Source: Nocardioides sp. Root140 (GTDB taxonomy: Bacteria > Actinomycetota > Actinomycetes > Propionibacteriales > Nocardioidaceae). From it: 32,000 bases of DNA. The stretch lies in contig NZ_LMFI01000015.1 in the NCBI RefSeq assembly GCF_001426745.1, forward strand, positions 62,835 to 94,834, written 5' to 3'. Of this stretch, positions 7,231 through 16,670 are shown piece by piece (the stretch's first letter is position 1; every line of letters begins with the position of its first letter). The position numbers were made by a program, and so were the translations under genes. The notes beneath the pieces are model-generated. The model ran no database searches, was not told where the DNA came from, and was given only the letters and a program-made list of their open reading frames with translations.

Positions 7231-8772
7231 ATGGATGAGGACTCGATGAACGTGCGAAGCGAGGGGACCGGCGTGGCCGTACCCGAGGCCGACACCCCGG
7301 ACGAGATCTTTGTCGGCGGCCGCTGGACCCGCGGACGCGGAACCTTGATCGAGTCGGTCAACCCCGCGGACGGCAAGGTGTTCGCCCAGCTGCACGGGGC
7401 GGTCGTCGACGACGTCGACCTCGCCGTCGACGCCGGCCTCCGCGCCGCTGCCGGCTCCGGCTGGGCCACGTGGCTGCCCCACGAGCGGGCCGCGGTGCTG
7501 CATCGCATCGGCAACGCGCTCGAGGCCAACGTCGACCGCATCGGCGCCCTGCAGACCCTCGACACCGGCAAGACCCTCACCGAGACCCGGGCCCTGGCCC
7601 GCAGCGCGGCCGGCACCTTCCGGTTCATGGCGGCCGCGCTGGAGACCATGGAGGGCGCGATGACGCCCGCCCGTGGCAACTTCCTCACGCTGGCGACGTA
7701 CGAGCCGATGGGCGTGGTCGGAGCGATCACCCCGTGGAACTCGCCGATCGCCTCGGACGCCCAGAAGATCGCCCCGGCCCTGGCCGCCGGCAACGCCGTC
7801 GTGTCCAAGCCCCCGGTGTGGGCGCCCTGGGTGACCCTGCTCCTGGCCCGCCTGTGTGAGGACGCCGGTCTGCCGGCCGGTCTCCTCTCGGTGCTCCCCG
7901 GCCCCGGTCGCACCGTCGGCGAGGCCCTGGTCGCCCACCCGCAGGTCAGCAAGGTCTCGTTCACCGGCGGCACGACCACCGGACGCCACCTGGCGCACGT
8001 GGCCGCGGACAAGCTGATGCCGATCACCCTCGAGCTCGGCGGCAAGTCGCCCACGATCGTGTTCAGCGACGCCGACCTCGACCAGGCCGTCGCAGGTGTG
8101 CTCTTCGGCGTCTTCTCCTCGTCCGGCCAGAGCTGCATCGCCGGATCGCGCATCTTCGTGCACTCCAGCATCCAAGACGAGTTCGTCGACCGCCTCGTGG
8201 CCGGTGCCCGGCAGCTGCACGTGGGGCCGGGCGACGACTCGCGCACCCAGGTCGGCCCGATGGTGACCCACTCCCACCGCGACGGTGTCGCCGCGATGGT
8301 CGACGCAGCGGTCGAGCAGGGGGCGCAGGTGCTGTGCGGCGCCGGCATCCCCGACGACCCCGCGCTCCAGACGGGTGCCTACTACCTCCCCACCGTCCTG
8401 ACCGGCGTCGACAACACCGCCACCATCTGCCAGGAGGAGGTGTTCGGGCCGGTCGCCGTCGTCCTGTCGTTCGACGACGAGGACGACCTCGTGGCCCGGG
8501 CCAACGACACCGTCTTCGGCCTGGCCTGCGGCATCTGGACCCGCGACTTCGTCAAGGGCTGGCGCACGGCGCAGGCGATTCGCGCCGGCACCGTCTGGAT
8601 GAACACCTACAAGCAGTTCAGCATCTCCACGCCGTTCAGCGGGCTGAAGGACAGCGGGATCGGCACCGAGAAGGGCCGTGACGGCATCCGTTCCTACATG
8701 AACCAGAAGAGCATCTACGTCGACCTGTCGGGGCACGCGCTCCCGTGGGCCACTCCCCAGGAGGAGTCATGA
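7231..8772 (+). CDS. NAD(P)-dependent aldehyde dehydrogenase
   Basis: 513 aa. Catalytic Glu motif LELGGKSP and catalytic Cys motif SSGQSCIAGSR. An alternative start at ATG 7246 is preceded by GAGGA and may be the true start. Confidence 0.93.
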   Translation: MDEDSMNVRSEGTGVAVPEADTPDEIFVGGRWTRGRGTLIESVNPADGKVFAQLHGAVVDDVDLAVDAGLRAAAGSGWATWLPHERAAVLHRIGNALEANVDRIGALQTLDTGKTLTETRALARSAAGTFRFMAAALETMEGAMTPARGNFLTLATYEPMGVVGAITPWNSPIASDAQKIAPALAAGNAVVSKPPVWAPWVTLLLARLCEDAGLPAGLLSVLPGPGRTVGEALVAHPQVSKVSFTGGTTTGRHLAHVAADKLMPITLELGGKSPTIVFSDADLDQAVAGVLFGVFSSSGQSCIAGSRIFVHSSIQDEFVDRLVAGARQLHVGPGDDSRTQVGPMVTHSHRDGVAAMVDAAVEQGAQVLCGAGIPDDPALQTGAYYLPTVLTGVDNTATICQEEVFGPVAVVLSFDDEDDLVARANDTVFGLACGIWTRDFVKGWRTAQAIRAGTVWMNTYKQFSISTPFSGLKDSGIGTEKGRDGIRSYMNQKSIYVDLSGHALPWATPQEES

Positions 8773-9116
8773 CCACCACCGCCCATCCCTACAGTCCCGC
8801 CTTCGAGAGCGCCGGCTTCGGCTTCGTCTCGGGCGCCCTGTCCGTCGACGGGCACGGTGTCGCCGTACCCGGTCGTCGCGAGGCGCTCGAAGCCGCCGTG
8901 GCCCGCCTGACCGAGCGCCTGGCCACCGTGGACATGCAGCTGTCCGACGTCGTGAAGACGACCTACTTCGTCACCGACGTCTCCCTGCGCGACGAGGCCA
9001 ACGCGCACTACCAGGAGATCTTCGCCGAGCCGCGTCCCGCGCGGTCGTTCGTCCAGGTGGCAGCCCTGCCCTACGGCGCCACCGTCGAGATCGAGGCCAT
9101 CGCCCGCCGGGCGTGA
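8769..9116 (+). CDS. RidA/YjgF-family enamine/imine deaminase
   Basis: 115 aa from ATG 8769. ATGA overlap with the aldehyde dehydrogenase stop, and GGAGG lies upstream. Typical RidA ending ARSFVQVAALPYGATVEIEAIA. Confidence 0.85.
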   Translation: MTTTAHPYSPAFESAGFGFVSGALSVDGHGVAVPGRREALEAAVARLTERLATVDMQLSDVVKTTYFVTDVSLRDEANAHYQEIFAEPRPARSFVQVAALPYGATVEIEAIARRA

Positions 9117-9177
9117 CCCACCCATGCCGACCCCCGGCGTACGCCGGTTTGCAGCACCCCACAGGAAGGAAGAAAAG

Positions 9178-9714
9178 ATGACCAGCACCGAGACCCAGCA
9201 GGCTGAATCGCAGAGCGCCGTCGACCTCGAGGAGCTCATCGACTCCTGCATCGCCTCGCGCGAGACCCGTCACGAGGACTGGGACACCCTGGGCTTCCAG
9301 GCGGCTGCCGGCGGCGACCGCTTCAAGCGGGCCCAGATCCGTTACATCGGCTCCGGCGCGACCGGCAACCACGACGACGACAGCCGCTCGCTGCCGTCGG
9401 AGCACTTCACGTTCTCCAACATGCGCCTTCCCGTCGGCGCAGTCGGCCCGGAGCACACCCACCACGACGTCGAAGAGGTCTTCTTCGTGCTCGAGGGCGA
9501 GCTCGAGGTGGCCGTGCACGACGTCGAGGACGGCACCAAGACGGCGGTCCGCAAGCTCGGCTACCGCGACCTGATCCGGGTCCCGGCCGGCGTGCCGCGC
9601 AGCCTGACGAACGTGGGCGACACCGATGCCCTGTTCTGCGTGGTCATCGGCACCCAGAAGCCGCAGCTGCCGACGTACCCCAAGACCTCGGAGATGTACG
9701 GCGTCACGCGCTGA
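9178..9714 (+). CDS. Cupin domain protein (possible metal-dependent dioxygenase, isomerase or decarboxylase)
   Basis: 178 aa from ATG 9178, after an AGGAAGGAAG RBS. Cupin motif 1: GPEHTHHDVEEVFFVLEGELEV. Motif 2 region: IRVPAGVPRSLTNVG. Confidence 0.75.
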   Translation: MTSTETQQAESQSAVDLEELIDSCIASRETRHEDWDTLGFQAAAGGDRFKRAQIRYIGSGATGNHDDDSRSLPSEHFTFSNMRLPVGAVGPEHTHHDVEEVFFVLEGELEVAVHDVEDGTKTAVRKLGYRDLIRVPAGVPRSLTNVGDTDALFCVVIGTQKPQLPTYPKTSEMYGVTR

Positions 9715-9741
9715 CGCCCGACCCGGACACAGGAGCAACTC

Positions 9742-10701
9742 ATGGACGAGAACACGGCACGCGCACTGCGCGTCCAGCAGAAGACGTGGGAGGCCGACGG
9801 CGTCACCAGTGTCACGCTGGTCGACCCGGCGGGCGCCGAGCTGCCCAGCTGGACTCCCGGCTCACACCTGGCGCTGCGGCTCTCCGACAACCTCGTCCGT
9901 GAGTACTCCCTGTGCTCGGACCCAGCGGACCGCTCGCACTGGAAGGTCGCGGTGCTGAAGACGCCCGACTCCCGGGGCGGCAGCCGCCTGGTGCACGAAG
10001 CGCTGCCGGTCGGGCAGGTGATCACCGTCGAGGGACCACGCGACAACTTCTCGCTCGACGGCGACGCCAGCCGGCACGTCCTCGTGGCCGGAGGGGTCGG
10101 CATCACGCCGATCATCGCGATGGTCCGGCGACTGCACGACGAGGGCGCGGACTGGCACCTGCTCTACACCGGCCGCTCGCGCTCGACGATGGCGTTCCTC
10201 GACGAGGTCGCGGCACTGCCCGCGGACCGCGTCACGGTGCACGCCGACGACGAGGCGAACGGCAGCTTCCCCGACCTGGTCGCGCTGCTCGGCGACCTCG
10301 ACGCGACCGCGACGGCGTACTGCTGTGGCCCCGAGGCGCTGATGCAGGCCTGCGCCGAGGCGTTGCCCGACAGCTCTCGACTTCGGATCGAACGCTTCAA
10401 GGCTCCCGAGCCGGTCGTCGTCGCGGGCGAGGACGTCGCCTTCGACGTGGTCATCGACAGCACCGGCCAGCGCATCCCGGTGGGACCGGACACCTCGGTC
10501 CTCGCTGCGCTGTGCGACGCCGGCATCCCGGTCGAGAGCTCGTGCACCGAGGGCATCTGCGGCACCTGCGAGACCGGTGTCGTGAAGGGCGAGATCGACC
10601 ACCGCGACTTCCTCCTCAGCGCCGAGGAGCAGGCCAGCGGGAAGTCGATGTTCGTGTGCGTCTCCCGGTGCCGGTCCGCGGAGCTGGTGCTCGACCTCTG
10701 A
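9742..10701 (+). CDS. PDR/VanB-family oxidoreductase (flavin + NAD(H) + C-terminal plant-type 2Fe-2S); reductase partner for a Rieske oxygenase
   Basis: 319 aa. Flavin motif REYS, NAD-binding VAGGVGITP, C-terminal CTEGICGTCE...C. AGGAG RBS. Confidence 0.9.
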   Translation: MDENTARALRVQQKTWEADGVTSVTLVDPAGAELPSWTPGSHLALRLSDNLVREYSLCSDPADRSHWKVAVLKTPDSRGGSRLVHEALPVGQVITVEGPRDNFSLDGDASRHVLVAGGVGITPIIAMVRRLHDEGADWHLLYTGRSRSTMAFLDEVAALPADRVTVHADDEANGSFPDLVALLGDLDATATAYCCGPEALMQACAEALPDSSRLRIERFKAPEPVVVAGEDVAFDVVIDSTGQRIPVGPDTSVLAALCDAGIPVESSCTEGICGTCETGVVKGEIDHRDFLLSAEEQASGKSMFVCVSRCRSAELVLDL

Positions 10702-10789
10702 CCCGTACCCCTGTGCAGCCCGATCCCATGGGCAGCCCGCACCGGATCCACCATGCTGGTCCGGGAAGTGACGAAGGAAGGACACGACC

Positions 10790-11755
10790 ATGCATTACGC
10801 CGACACCCCCGTGTGCCGCATGAGATCACTGCGCTCGATCACCCTCCGAGTGCCGGACCCGGTGCAGTCGAAGGACTTCTACCACGAGGTCTGGGGACTC
10901 AGCACCGTCGACGAGGACCGCTCGACCTTCTGGCTGCGCGCCACCGGCAGCGAGCACCACGTGCTGCGGCTCGAGCAGCACGACGTCAACGCCCTCGGCA
11001 AGATCAGCTTCGCCCTGGGCTCCCGCGTCGAGGTCGACGAGGCCGCGCGTGCGCTCCAGAAGCTCGGCATCCCGCTGCTGCGCGAGCCCGGCCTGCTCAG
11101 TGACGACGCCGGCGGCGGCTACGGCCTCCAGCTCGTCGACCCCGAAGGACGCTGCGTCGAGCTGTCCACCGACACCCACGCCGTCGTCGCGCAGGAGCCG
11201 GCCGGACGACGCGCGGTGCCCCGCAAGATCGCCCACGTCGTGCTCAACACCGTCGACATCGACCGGGCCGCCGACTTCTACACCCAGGTGCTCGGCATGC
11301 GCATCTCCGACTGGTCCGAGCACCAGATGACCTTCCTGCGCTGCAACTCCGACCACCACGTCATCGCGCTGAACCAGGCGCCGTGGACGTCGGTCAACCA
11401 CGTGGCCTACGAGATGCAGAGCATCGACCACTTCATGCGCGGCATCGGCAGCCTCAAGCACCACGGCATCGCGCCCCAGTGGGGTCCCGGCCGCCACGGT
11501 CCGGGCGACAACACGTTCTCCTACTTCACCGACCCGGCCGGACTGGTCTGCGAGTACACCTCCGAGGTGGCGCAGATCGACGAGGACGCCTGGCTCTGCC
11601 GCACCTGGCAGCGCACGCCCGAGCTGTCCGACCAGTGGGGGACCGCCGGTCCGCCGACCGCCGCCGTGCGCTCGGCGATGGCCGGTGTCGCGGACCTCGG
11701 GCACCGGGACCGCGTCGTCCCGGGCGTCGCCGACTACTTCCTCTCCGGGGAGTGA
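10790..11755 (+). CDS. Extradiol ring-cleavage dioxygenase, two-domain VOC (type I, catechol 2,3-dioxygenase-like)
   Basis: 321 aa. Two glyoxalase/VOC repeats (ITLRVPD... and IAHVVLNTVD...). Candidate His/His/Glu ligands in HVVLN, NHVAYEM and CEYTSE. GGAAGGA RBS. Confidence 0.85.
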   Translation: MHYADTPVCRMRSLRSITLRVPDPVQSKDFYHEVWGLSTVDEDRSTFWLRATGSEHHVLRLEQHDVNALGKISFALGSRVEVDEAARALQKLGIPLLREPGLLSDDAGGGYGLQLVDPEGRCVELSTDTHAVVAQEPAGRRAVPRKIAHVVLNTVDIDRAADFYTQVLGMRISDWSEHQMTFLRCNSDHHVIALNQAPWTSVNHVAYEMQSIDHFMRGIGSLKHHGIAPQWGPGRHGPGDNTFSYFTDPAGLVCEYTSEVAQIDEDAWLCRTWQRTPELSDQWGTAGPPTAAVRSAMAGVADLGHRDRVVPGVADYFLSGE

Positions 11756-11762
11756 CCAGGCG

Positions 11763-12560
11763 ATGACCGTCCTCCCCGCCCTCCAACGGATCCGCACCAC
11801 CCGCGGTGTGTCCGTCGACGTGCGCGGCAGCGGCGATCCCGTGCTGCTCCTGCACGGCATCGGCGGGCACGCAGAGTCCTGCGGCCCGCTGGCCGAGCAG
11901 CTCGACGGACACCGCACCCTGTGCTGGGACGCCCCCGGGTACGGCGACTCCGCCGACCCCGCGGAGGGCGCGCAGGTCGACCACGTGGCCGAGGCGATCG
12001 CACTCCTCGAGGAGTGCGTCGACGCGCCGGCCCATCTGTTCGGCACCTCGTGGGGCGGGGTGATCGCCGTACAGGTGGCACTCGCGCGTCCCGACCTGGT
12101 GCGTTCGCTGGTCCTCGCCGACAGCACCCGCGGCTCCGCGGTCACTCCCGAGCGTGCCGCGTCCATGCGGGCCCGGGTCGACGACCTCGCCCGTCTCGGG
12201 GCACGCGACTTCGCCGCGGCCCGCGCGCCGCGCCTGGTCGCTCCGTCCTGTAAACCGGACGTCGCCTCGGCCGTCGAGGCAGGCATGGCGCGGGTGCGCG
12301 TGCCCGGCTACGCGGCGGCGGCGGAGCACATGGCCGCCACCGACCTCGGCGACGTACTCGCCCACCTGACCACTCCCACCCTGGTCGTGGTCGGCGCCGA
12401 CGACGTGGTCACCGGCGTCCCCGAGTCGCAGCTCCTCTCCGACCGCATCGCCGACGCCCGGCTGGAGGTCATCCCCGGCGCCGGGCACGCGGCACTGCAG
12501 GAGAAGCCGCAGCAGATCGCCGACCTCCTGATCGCCTTCTGGGCAGGGGTTCCCGCATGA
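11763..12560 (+). CDS. Alpha/beta hydrolase (meta-cleavage-product hydrolase-like)
   Basis: 265 aa. Oxyanion LLLHGIGG, nucleophile elbow GTSWGG, C-terminal IPGAGHAALQEKP. Sits 7 nt after the dioxygenase gene. Confidence 0.85.
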   Translation: MTVLPALQRIRTTRGVSVDVRGSGDPVLLLHGIGGHAESCGPLAEQLDGHRTLCWDAPGYGDSADPAEGAQVDHVAEAIALLEECVDAPAHLFGTSWGGVIAVQVALARPDLVRSLVLADSTRGSAVTPERAASMRARVDDLARLGARDFAAARAPRLVAPSCKPDVASAVEAGMARVRVPGYAAAAEHMAATDLGDVLAHLTTPTLVVVGADDVVTGVPESQLLSDRIADARLEVIPGAGHAALQEKPQQIADLLIAFWAGVPA

Positions 12561-13300
12561 GCACTCTCACCGTGGTCACGGGAGCGGGTCGCGGGCTCGG
12601 CTTCGCGATCGCCGAGAGACTCGGCGCCGACGGTGACCGGATCATCGTCGCCGAGCTGCGCCCCGAGCTCGCCGAGAAGGCCGAGAAGCAGCTGAGGGAC
12701 CAGGGCGTCGACGCGCACGCCGTGGTCACCGACATCTCCGACAAGGACTCGGTCGCGGCGCTCGCCGAGCACGCCGCGTCCCTGGGCGGAGCGAGCCGGC
12801 TGGTCAACAACGCGGCCTTGGCCGACGGCGTCGGCGGCGACACCTTCTGGGAGCTCGACGAAGCAGCCTTCTCGCGGGTGATGAACGTCAACGCCTACGG
12901 CACCTGGCTGGTCAGCAAGCACCTCTTCGGCCAGCTCGCGGCCACCGGCGACGGCGCCATCGTCAACATCGCCTCCGACGCGGCGTTCTACGGCTCGCCG
13001 CGGCTCGTCCACTACGTCGGCTCCAAGGGGGCCGTCCTCGCGATGACCCGGTCGATGGCCCGCGACGCCGGGCAGCACGGCGTACGCGTCAATGCCGTGG
13101 CGCCCGGCCTCACCCGGGTCGAGGCCACCGAGACCGTGCCGGCCTCCCGCTACCAGCTGTACGCCGACCACCAGGTGCTCGACCGCGAGCAGACCCCGCA
13201 GGACGTGGCCGGTGCGGTGGCGTTCCTGCTCTCCGACGACGCCGGCTTCGTCACCGGCTCGACGCTGGTCGTCGACGGCGGCTTCGTCATGAACACCTGA
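12557..13300 (+). CDS. SDR-family oxidoreductase (classical)
   Basis: 247 aa. TGAGRGLG cofactor motif, NNAA, catalytic YVGSK (YxxxK). ATGA overlap with the hydrolase gene. Confidence 0.9.
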   Translation: MSTLTVVTGAGRGLGFAIAERLGADGDRIIVAELRPELAEKAEKQLRDQGVDAHAVVTDISDKDSVAALAEHAASLGGASRLVNNAALADGVGGDTFWELDEAAFSRVMNVNAYGTWLVSKHLFGQLAATGDGAIVNIASDAAFYGSPRLVHYVGSKGAVLAMTRSMARDAGQHGVRVNAVAPGLTRVEATETVPASRYQLYADHQVLDREQTPQDVAGAVAFLLSDDAGFVTGSTLVVDGGFVMNT

Positions 13301-13323
13301 CCATCCAGATCCAGGAGACCCAC

Positions 13324-14109
13324 ATGGACCTCAAGCTCGCAGATCGCACCGTGATCGTCTCCGGCGCCAGTTCCGGCGTCGGGCTCGCCACGGTGCGCCT
13401 CCTCCTGCAGGAGGGAGCTCGGGTGGCCGGATGCGCCCGCGACCTCGGCCGGCTCGAGGACGCGGTGGGCGGCCTGGGGGCCGATCCCGACCGGGTCCAC
13501 CTCGCCTCGTGCGACGTCACCGACCGAGCGGCCGCGGAGGACTTCGTCGCCAGCACCGTCGGCGCCTTCGGCGGTGTCGACGGCCTCGTCTGCAACGCCG
13601 GACGCTCGCTGATGGCGCGGCTCGGCGAGACCGAGGACGACCAGATCCGCGAAGAGCTCGAGCTCAAGATCTTCGGCTCGTGGAACCTGGTCCGGGGTGC
13701 GCGCTCAGCGCTGGCGAAGTCGGACGGCGGTGCTGTGGTCAACGTCAACGCGATCCTCTCCCGCCAGCCCGAGGGTCGTCTGGCGGTCACCTCCGCCGCG
13801 AGGGCCGCCCTGCTCAACCTCACCCACTCGATGGCCACCGAGCTGGCCGCCGAGGGCACCCGGGTCAACTCGGTCCTGCTCGGCCTGGTCGACACCGGCC
13901 AGTGGCGTCGGCGCTTCGAGGCCGCAGACACCGACCTCGACTACGACGCCTGGAGCGCGGAGATCGCCGCGGGGCGCGGCATCGGGCTGGGCCGCTTCGG
14001 CACGGCCGACGAGGTCGCCTTCCAGATCGTCACCCTGCTCTCACCGCTCAGTGGCTACACCACCGGTGCCTCCATCGACGTCGGCGGCGGCGTCGGCCGC
14101 TACGTCTGA
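13324..14109 (+). CDS. SDR-fold protein, atypical (the canonical YxxxK position reads TSAAR)
   Basis: 261 aa. GASSGVG cofactor motif and CNAG. AVTSAARAAL occupies the position where classical SDRs have YSASKAAL. AGGAGA RBS. Confidence 0.8.
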   Translation: MDLKLADRTVIVSGASSGVGLATVRLLLQEGARVAGCARDLGRLEDAVGGLGADPDRVHLASCDVTDRAAAEDFVASTVGAFGGVDGLVCNAGRSLMARLGETEDDQIREELELKIFGSWNLVRGARSALAKSDGGAVVNVNAILSRQPEGRLAVTSAARAALLNLTHSMATELAAEGTRVNSVLLGLVDTGQWRRRFEAADTDLDYDAWSAEIAAGRGIGLGRFGTADEVAFQIVTLLSPLSGYTTGASIDVGGGVGRYV

Positions 14110-14134
14110 CCAGGCAAGGACAAAGGACTCGAAG

Positions 14135-15832
14135 ATGAGCAACGACAAGACGCCCCACCCCACCGGCCGACCCGCCGGCCAGCTGCCTGCTCGTGAGCCC
14201 ACCGGCGGCGACGTGCTGGTGCAGGTCATGCGCCGTCACGGCATCGACACCGCGTTCGGCGTGATCAGCATCCACAACCTGCCCCTGGTCGAGGCGGTGG
14301 CCCGCGAGCTCACCTTCGTCGAGGTCCGGCACGAGGCCGCCGCGGTCAACGCCGCCGACGGCTACGCCCGTGCCTCGGGCAAGATCGGCGTCGCCCTGAC
14401 CAGCACCGGCACCGGTGCCGGCAACGCAGCCGGCTCCATGCTGGAGGCCCTCACCGCGGGCAGCCGGGTCCTGCACGTGACCGGCCAGATCGAGACCGAG
14501 CACCTCGGTTCGGGACGCGGCGTCATCCATGAGGTGCCGCGCCAGCTGCAGATGCTCGACGCGATCTCCAAGCATGCCCACACGATCACCGACGCGAAGA
14601 GCGTCGAGGCCGACCTGGAGCAGGCGGTGGCCCGAATCCTGTCCGCACCCCAGGGTCCCGCGAGTGTCGAGTGGCCCAGCGATCTTCAGTACCTCGCACG
14701 CCCCGACGAGCAGCTGCCCTTCGAGTCCGTCGTCGACGCGACCGTCGCCCCCGAACCGACCGACGTGGCCGAGGCGGTGCGCCTGCTGTCCACGGCCAAG
14801 CGGCCCCTGATCTGGGTCGGCGGCGGAGCGGCCGGTGCCCGGGCCGAGCTCACCGAGCTGCTGCACACCCTCGGGGCCGGGCTGCTGACCAGCAACTCGG
14901 GCCGGGCGATCGTCCCGGAGGACGACGACCTGGTGATCGGGAACTTCGCCTCCACCCCGCAGGTGGCGCGCCTCCTCGAGCGGGCCGACCTGCTGCTCAG
15001 CGTCGGGTCGCACTTCCGGTCCAACGAGACCAAGAGCTATCACCTGCCGTTGCCGACCCCGCACATCCAGATCGACGTGGACCCCGCGGCGATCGGCCGG
15101 GTGCACCCCGCGGACGTGGGCGTCACCGGGGACGCGGCGGCCACCCTGGCCGCGATCAACGAGGCCCTCGTCGACACGTCGGTGGAGTCCACCTGGACCC
15201 ACGCCGTACGCACGGTGCGGGCCGATGCGCGCAGGACGCTCACCGACTACATCGGTGGCTACGCGGAGATCTGCTCGACGATGCGGGCGATGCTGCCCCG
15301 CGAGTCGGTCGTGGCCCGCGACGTCACCATTCCGTCGAGCCAATGGGGCAACCGGCTGCTCGAGCTCTACTCCCGTGAGACCAACATCTTCCCGCTCGGT
15401 GGCGGGATCGGCCAGGGCCTGGCGATGGGACTGGGTGCGGCCTCGGCGCGCACCGACGTACCCACGGTCGTGATGGCCGGCGACGGCGGGCTCGCCGTCC
15501 ACCTGGGTGAGCTGGCCTCGCTGGCCGGCTCCCGCGCCTGGTGTGTCGTGGTCGTCTTCAACGACGGCGGGTACGGCGTGCTGCGCAACATGCAGCGCGC
15601 CAACGGCTTCGACGAGGCCGGCGTCGACCTCTTCACCCCCGACTTCGCCCTGTTGGCCGCCTCGCTGGCGATGCCGTACCACCTCGTCCAGGGGCCCGGG
15701 GAGTTCGAGGGCGCCTTCCGCGACGCCCTCGCCGTCCGTGGCCCGGTGATCGTCGAGGTCGACGTGGCTGCCGTCGAACCGAAGCCGGGCGCCTTCGTGC
15801 CACCCGTCCACGTGCCCACGAAGGAGGGGTGA
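14135..15832 (+). CDS. Thiamine-diphosphate-dependent enzyme (acetolactate synthase/benzoylformate decarboxylase-like)
   Basis: 565 aa from ATG 14135. N-terminal Pyr domain (GGDVLVQVMRRHGIDTAFG). ThDP-binding motif GDGGLAVHLGEL...VVVFNDGGYG. Confidence 0.9.
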   Translation: MSNDKTPHPTGRPAGQLPAREPTGGDVLVQVMRRHGIDTAFGVISIHNLPLVEAVARELTFVEVRHEAAAVNAADGYARASGKIGVALTSTGTGAGNAAGSMLEALTAGSRVLHVTGQIETEHLGSGRGVIHEVPRQLQMLDAISKHAHTITDAKSVEADLEQAVARILSAPQGPASVEWPSDLQYLARPDEQLPFESVVDATVAPEPTDVAEAVRLLSTAKRPLIWVGGGAAGARAELTELLHTLGAGLLTSNSGRAIVPEDDDLVIGNFASTPQVARLLERADLLLSVGSHFRSNETKSYHLPLPTPHIQIDVDPAAIGRVHPADVGVTGDAAATLAAINEALVDTSVESTWTHAVRTVRADARRTLTDYIGGYAEICSTMRAMLPRESVVARDVTIPSSQWGNRLLELYSRETNIFPLGGGIGQGLAMGLGAASARTDVPTVVMAGDGGLAVHLGELASLAGSRAWCVVVVFNDGGYGVLRNMQRANGFDEAGVDLFTPDFALLAASLAMPYHLVQGPGEFEGAFRDALAVRGPVIVEVDVAAVEPKPGAFVPPVHVPTKEG

Positions 15833-15837
15833 GTCCG

Positions 15838-16458
15838 ATGACAGATCCTGTGGCAGGTCTCCTCGAGGCCGAGCGCACGGCGGTGCGGCCGATCGTGTGC
15901 CTGCACCCGACACCCGGCGCCGCCGACTGGTTCGACCAGCAGCACGAGGATCTCGACGTGATCGCCTGGGAGACTCCGGGCGACCTCGCCCTCGACGCCA
16001 CCGACCCGGGCTCCGTCGACCGCTGGGTCGAGGGAGCGGTCACCGCGGTGACCTCGCGTGGCGAAGGTCCCGTGCACGTGCTGGCCACCGGCGCCGCGGC
16101 GTACGGCGCGATCGTGCTCGCCTCCCGGCACCCGGAGCTGGTCGTGAGCCTCCTGCTCGGTGACCCCGAGCTGGCACACGCAGCCGGCGCAGAGACGGAG
16201 CGCGCCGACCTGCTGCGCTCGATCGTCGCACCCACGCTCGTGATCGCCTCGGCCCCTGACCCGGGCCACGGCACAGCCGACGCCCAGGCGCTCGCCGGCG
16301 GCATCGACAACGGCGTGTTCGTCATCATCGACGGCTGCCGGGTCCCGGCCCACCGGGAGCGCGGCAGCTCGTTCAACGAATGGGTCAGCTCTTTCACGAT
16401 CATCGCCGAGGGCCTCATGGCGCTGGCGCCGCAACGACAGGAGGACATCAATGCCTGA
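15838..16458 (+). CDS. Alpha/beta-hydrolase-fold-like protein lacking an obvious Ser nucleophile
   Basis: 206 aa from ATG 15838, 5 nt after the ThDP gene stop. PIVCLHP oxyanion-like strand. The nucleophile elbow reads HVLATGAAAYG with no GxSxG. A late Asp (SAPDPG) and His (VPAHRE) are retained. High GC3. Confidence 0.6.
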   Translation: MTDPVAGLLEAERTAVRPIVCLHPTPGAADWFDQQHEDLDVIAWETPGDLALDATDPGSVDRWVEGAVTAVTSRGEGPVHVLATGAAAYGAIVLASRHPELVVSLLLGDPELAHAAGAETERADLLRSIVAPTLVIASAPDPGHGTADAQALAGGIDNGVFVIIDGCRVPAHRERGSSFNEWVSSFTIIAEGLMALAPQRQEDINA

Positions 16459-16669
16459 GCAGTATCTCGTCCAGAACCAGACCCACCCGGAGCCGCTGAG
16501 CCCCTACGAGCAGAAGCTCTCCGGCGCGCTCATGGAGATCTTCGGCACCGGAGTGCACGACCTCGACGGGCTCCTGGCCGGACTCAACGCCATGGGGCTC
16601 AACGCCCCCGAGGGCGACGCCTGGAACGAAGCCAACTTCCGCGCCGAGATGCGCCGACTGGGAGACTGA
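16451..16669 (+). CDS. Small conserved-looking hypothetical protein (72 aa), possible Rieske-oxygenase accessory
   Basis: GC3 about 90% by hand count. 8-nt overlap (ATGCCTGA) with the upstream gene, and its stop is 1 nt before the Rieske gene start. Sequence ...GVHDLDGLLAGLNAMGL...EANFRAEMRRLG. I recall similar small proteins annotated as recombinase-like HTH domain next to Rieske oxygenases, but this is unverified. Confidence 0.65.
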   Translation: MPEQYLVQNQTHPEPLSPYEQKLSGALMEIFGTGVHDLDGLLAGLNAMGLNAPEGDAWNEANFRAEMRRLGD

Positions 16670-16670
16670 C

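Noticed and set aside
9134-9147. The 14-bp perfect palindrome CCGGCGTACGCCGG followed by TTT, as an intrinsic terminator after the first RidA gene
   Set aside because: The effective stem is only about 5 bp around a GTAC loop, and the U tract is 3 nt. The operon clearly continues, with a strong RBS 25 nt later. It may be an operator or nothing at all.
9178-9714. Calling the cupin a 3-hydroxyanthranilate 3,4-dioxygenase because of its ~178-aa size and the neighbouring ALDH/RidA genes
   Set aside because: Only the generic cupin motifs are recognisable. I cannot see HAO-specific features, such as the C-terminal rubredoxin-like Cys cluster. It is left as a generic cupin.
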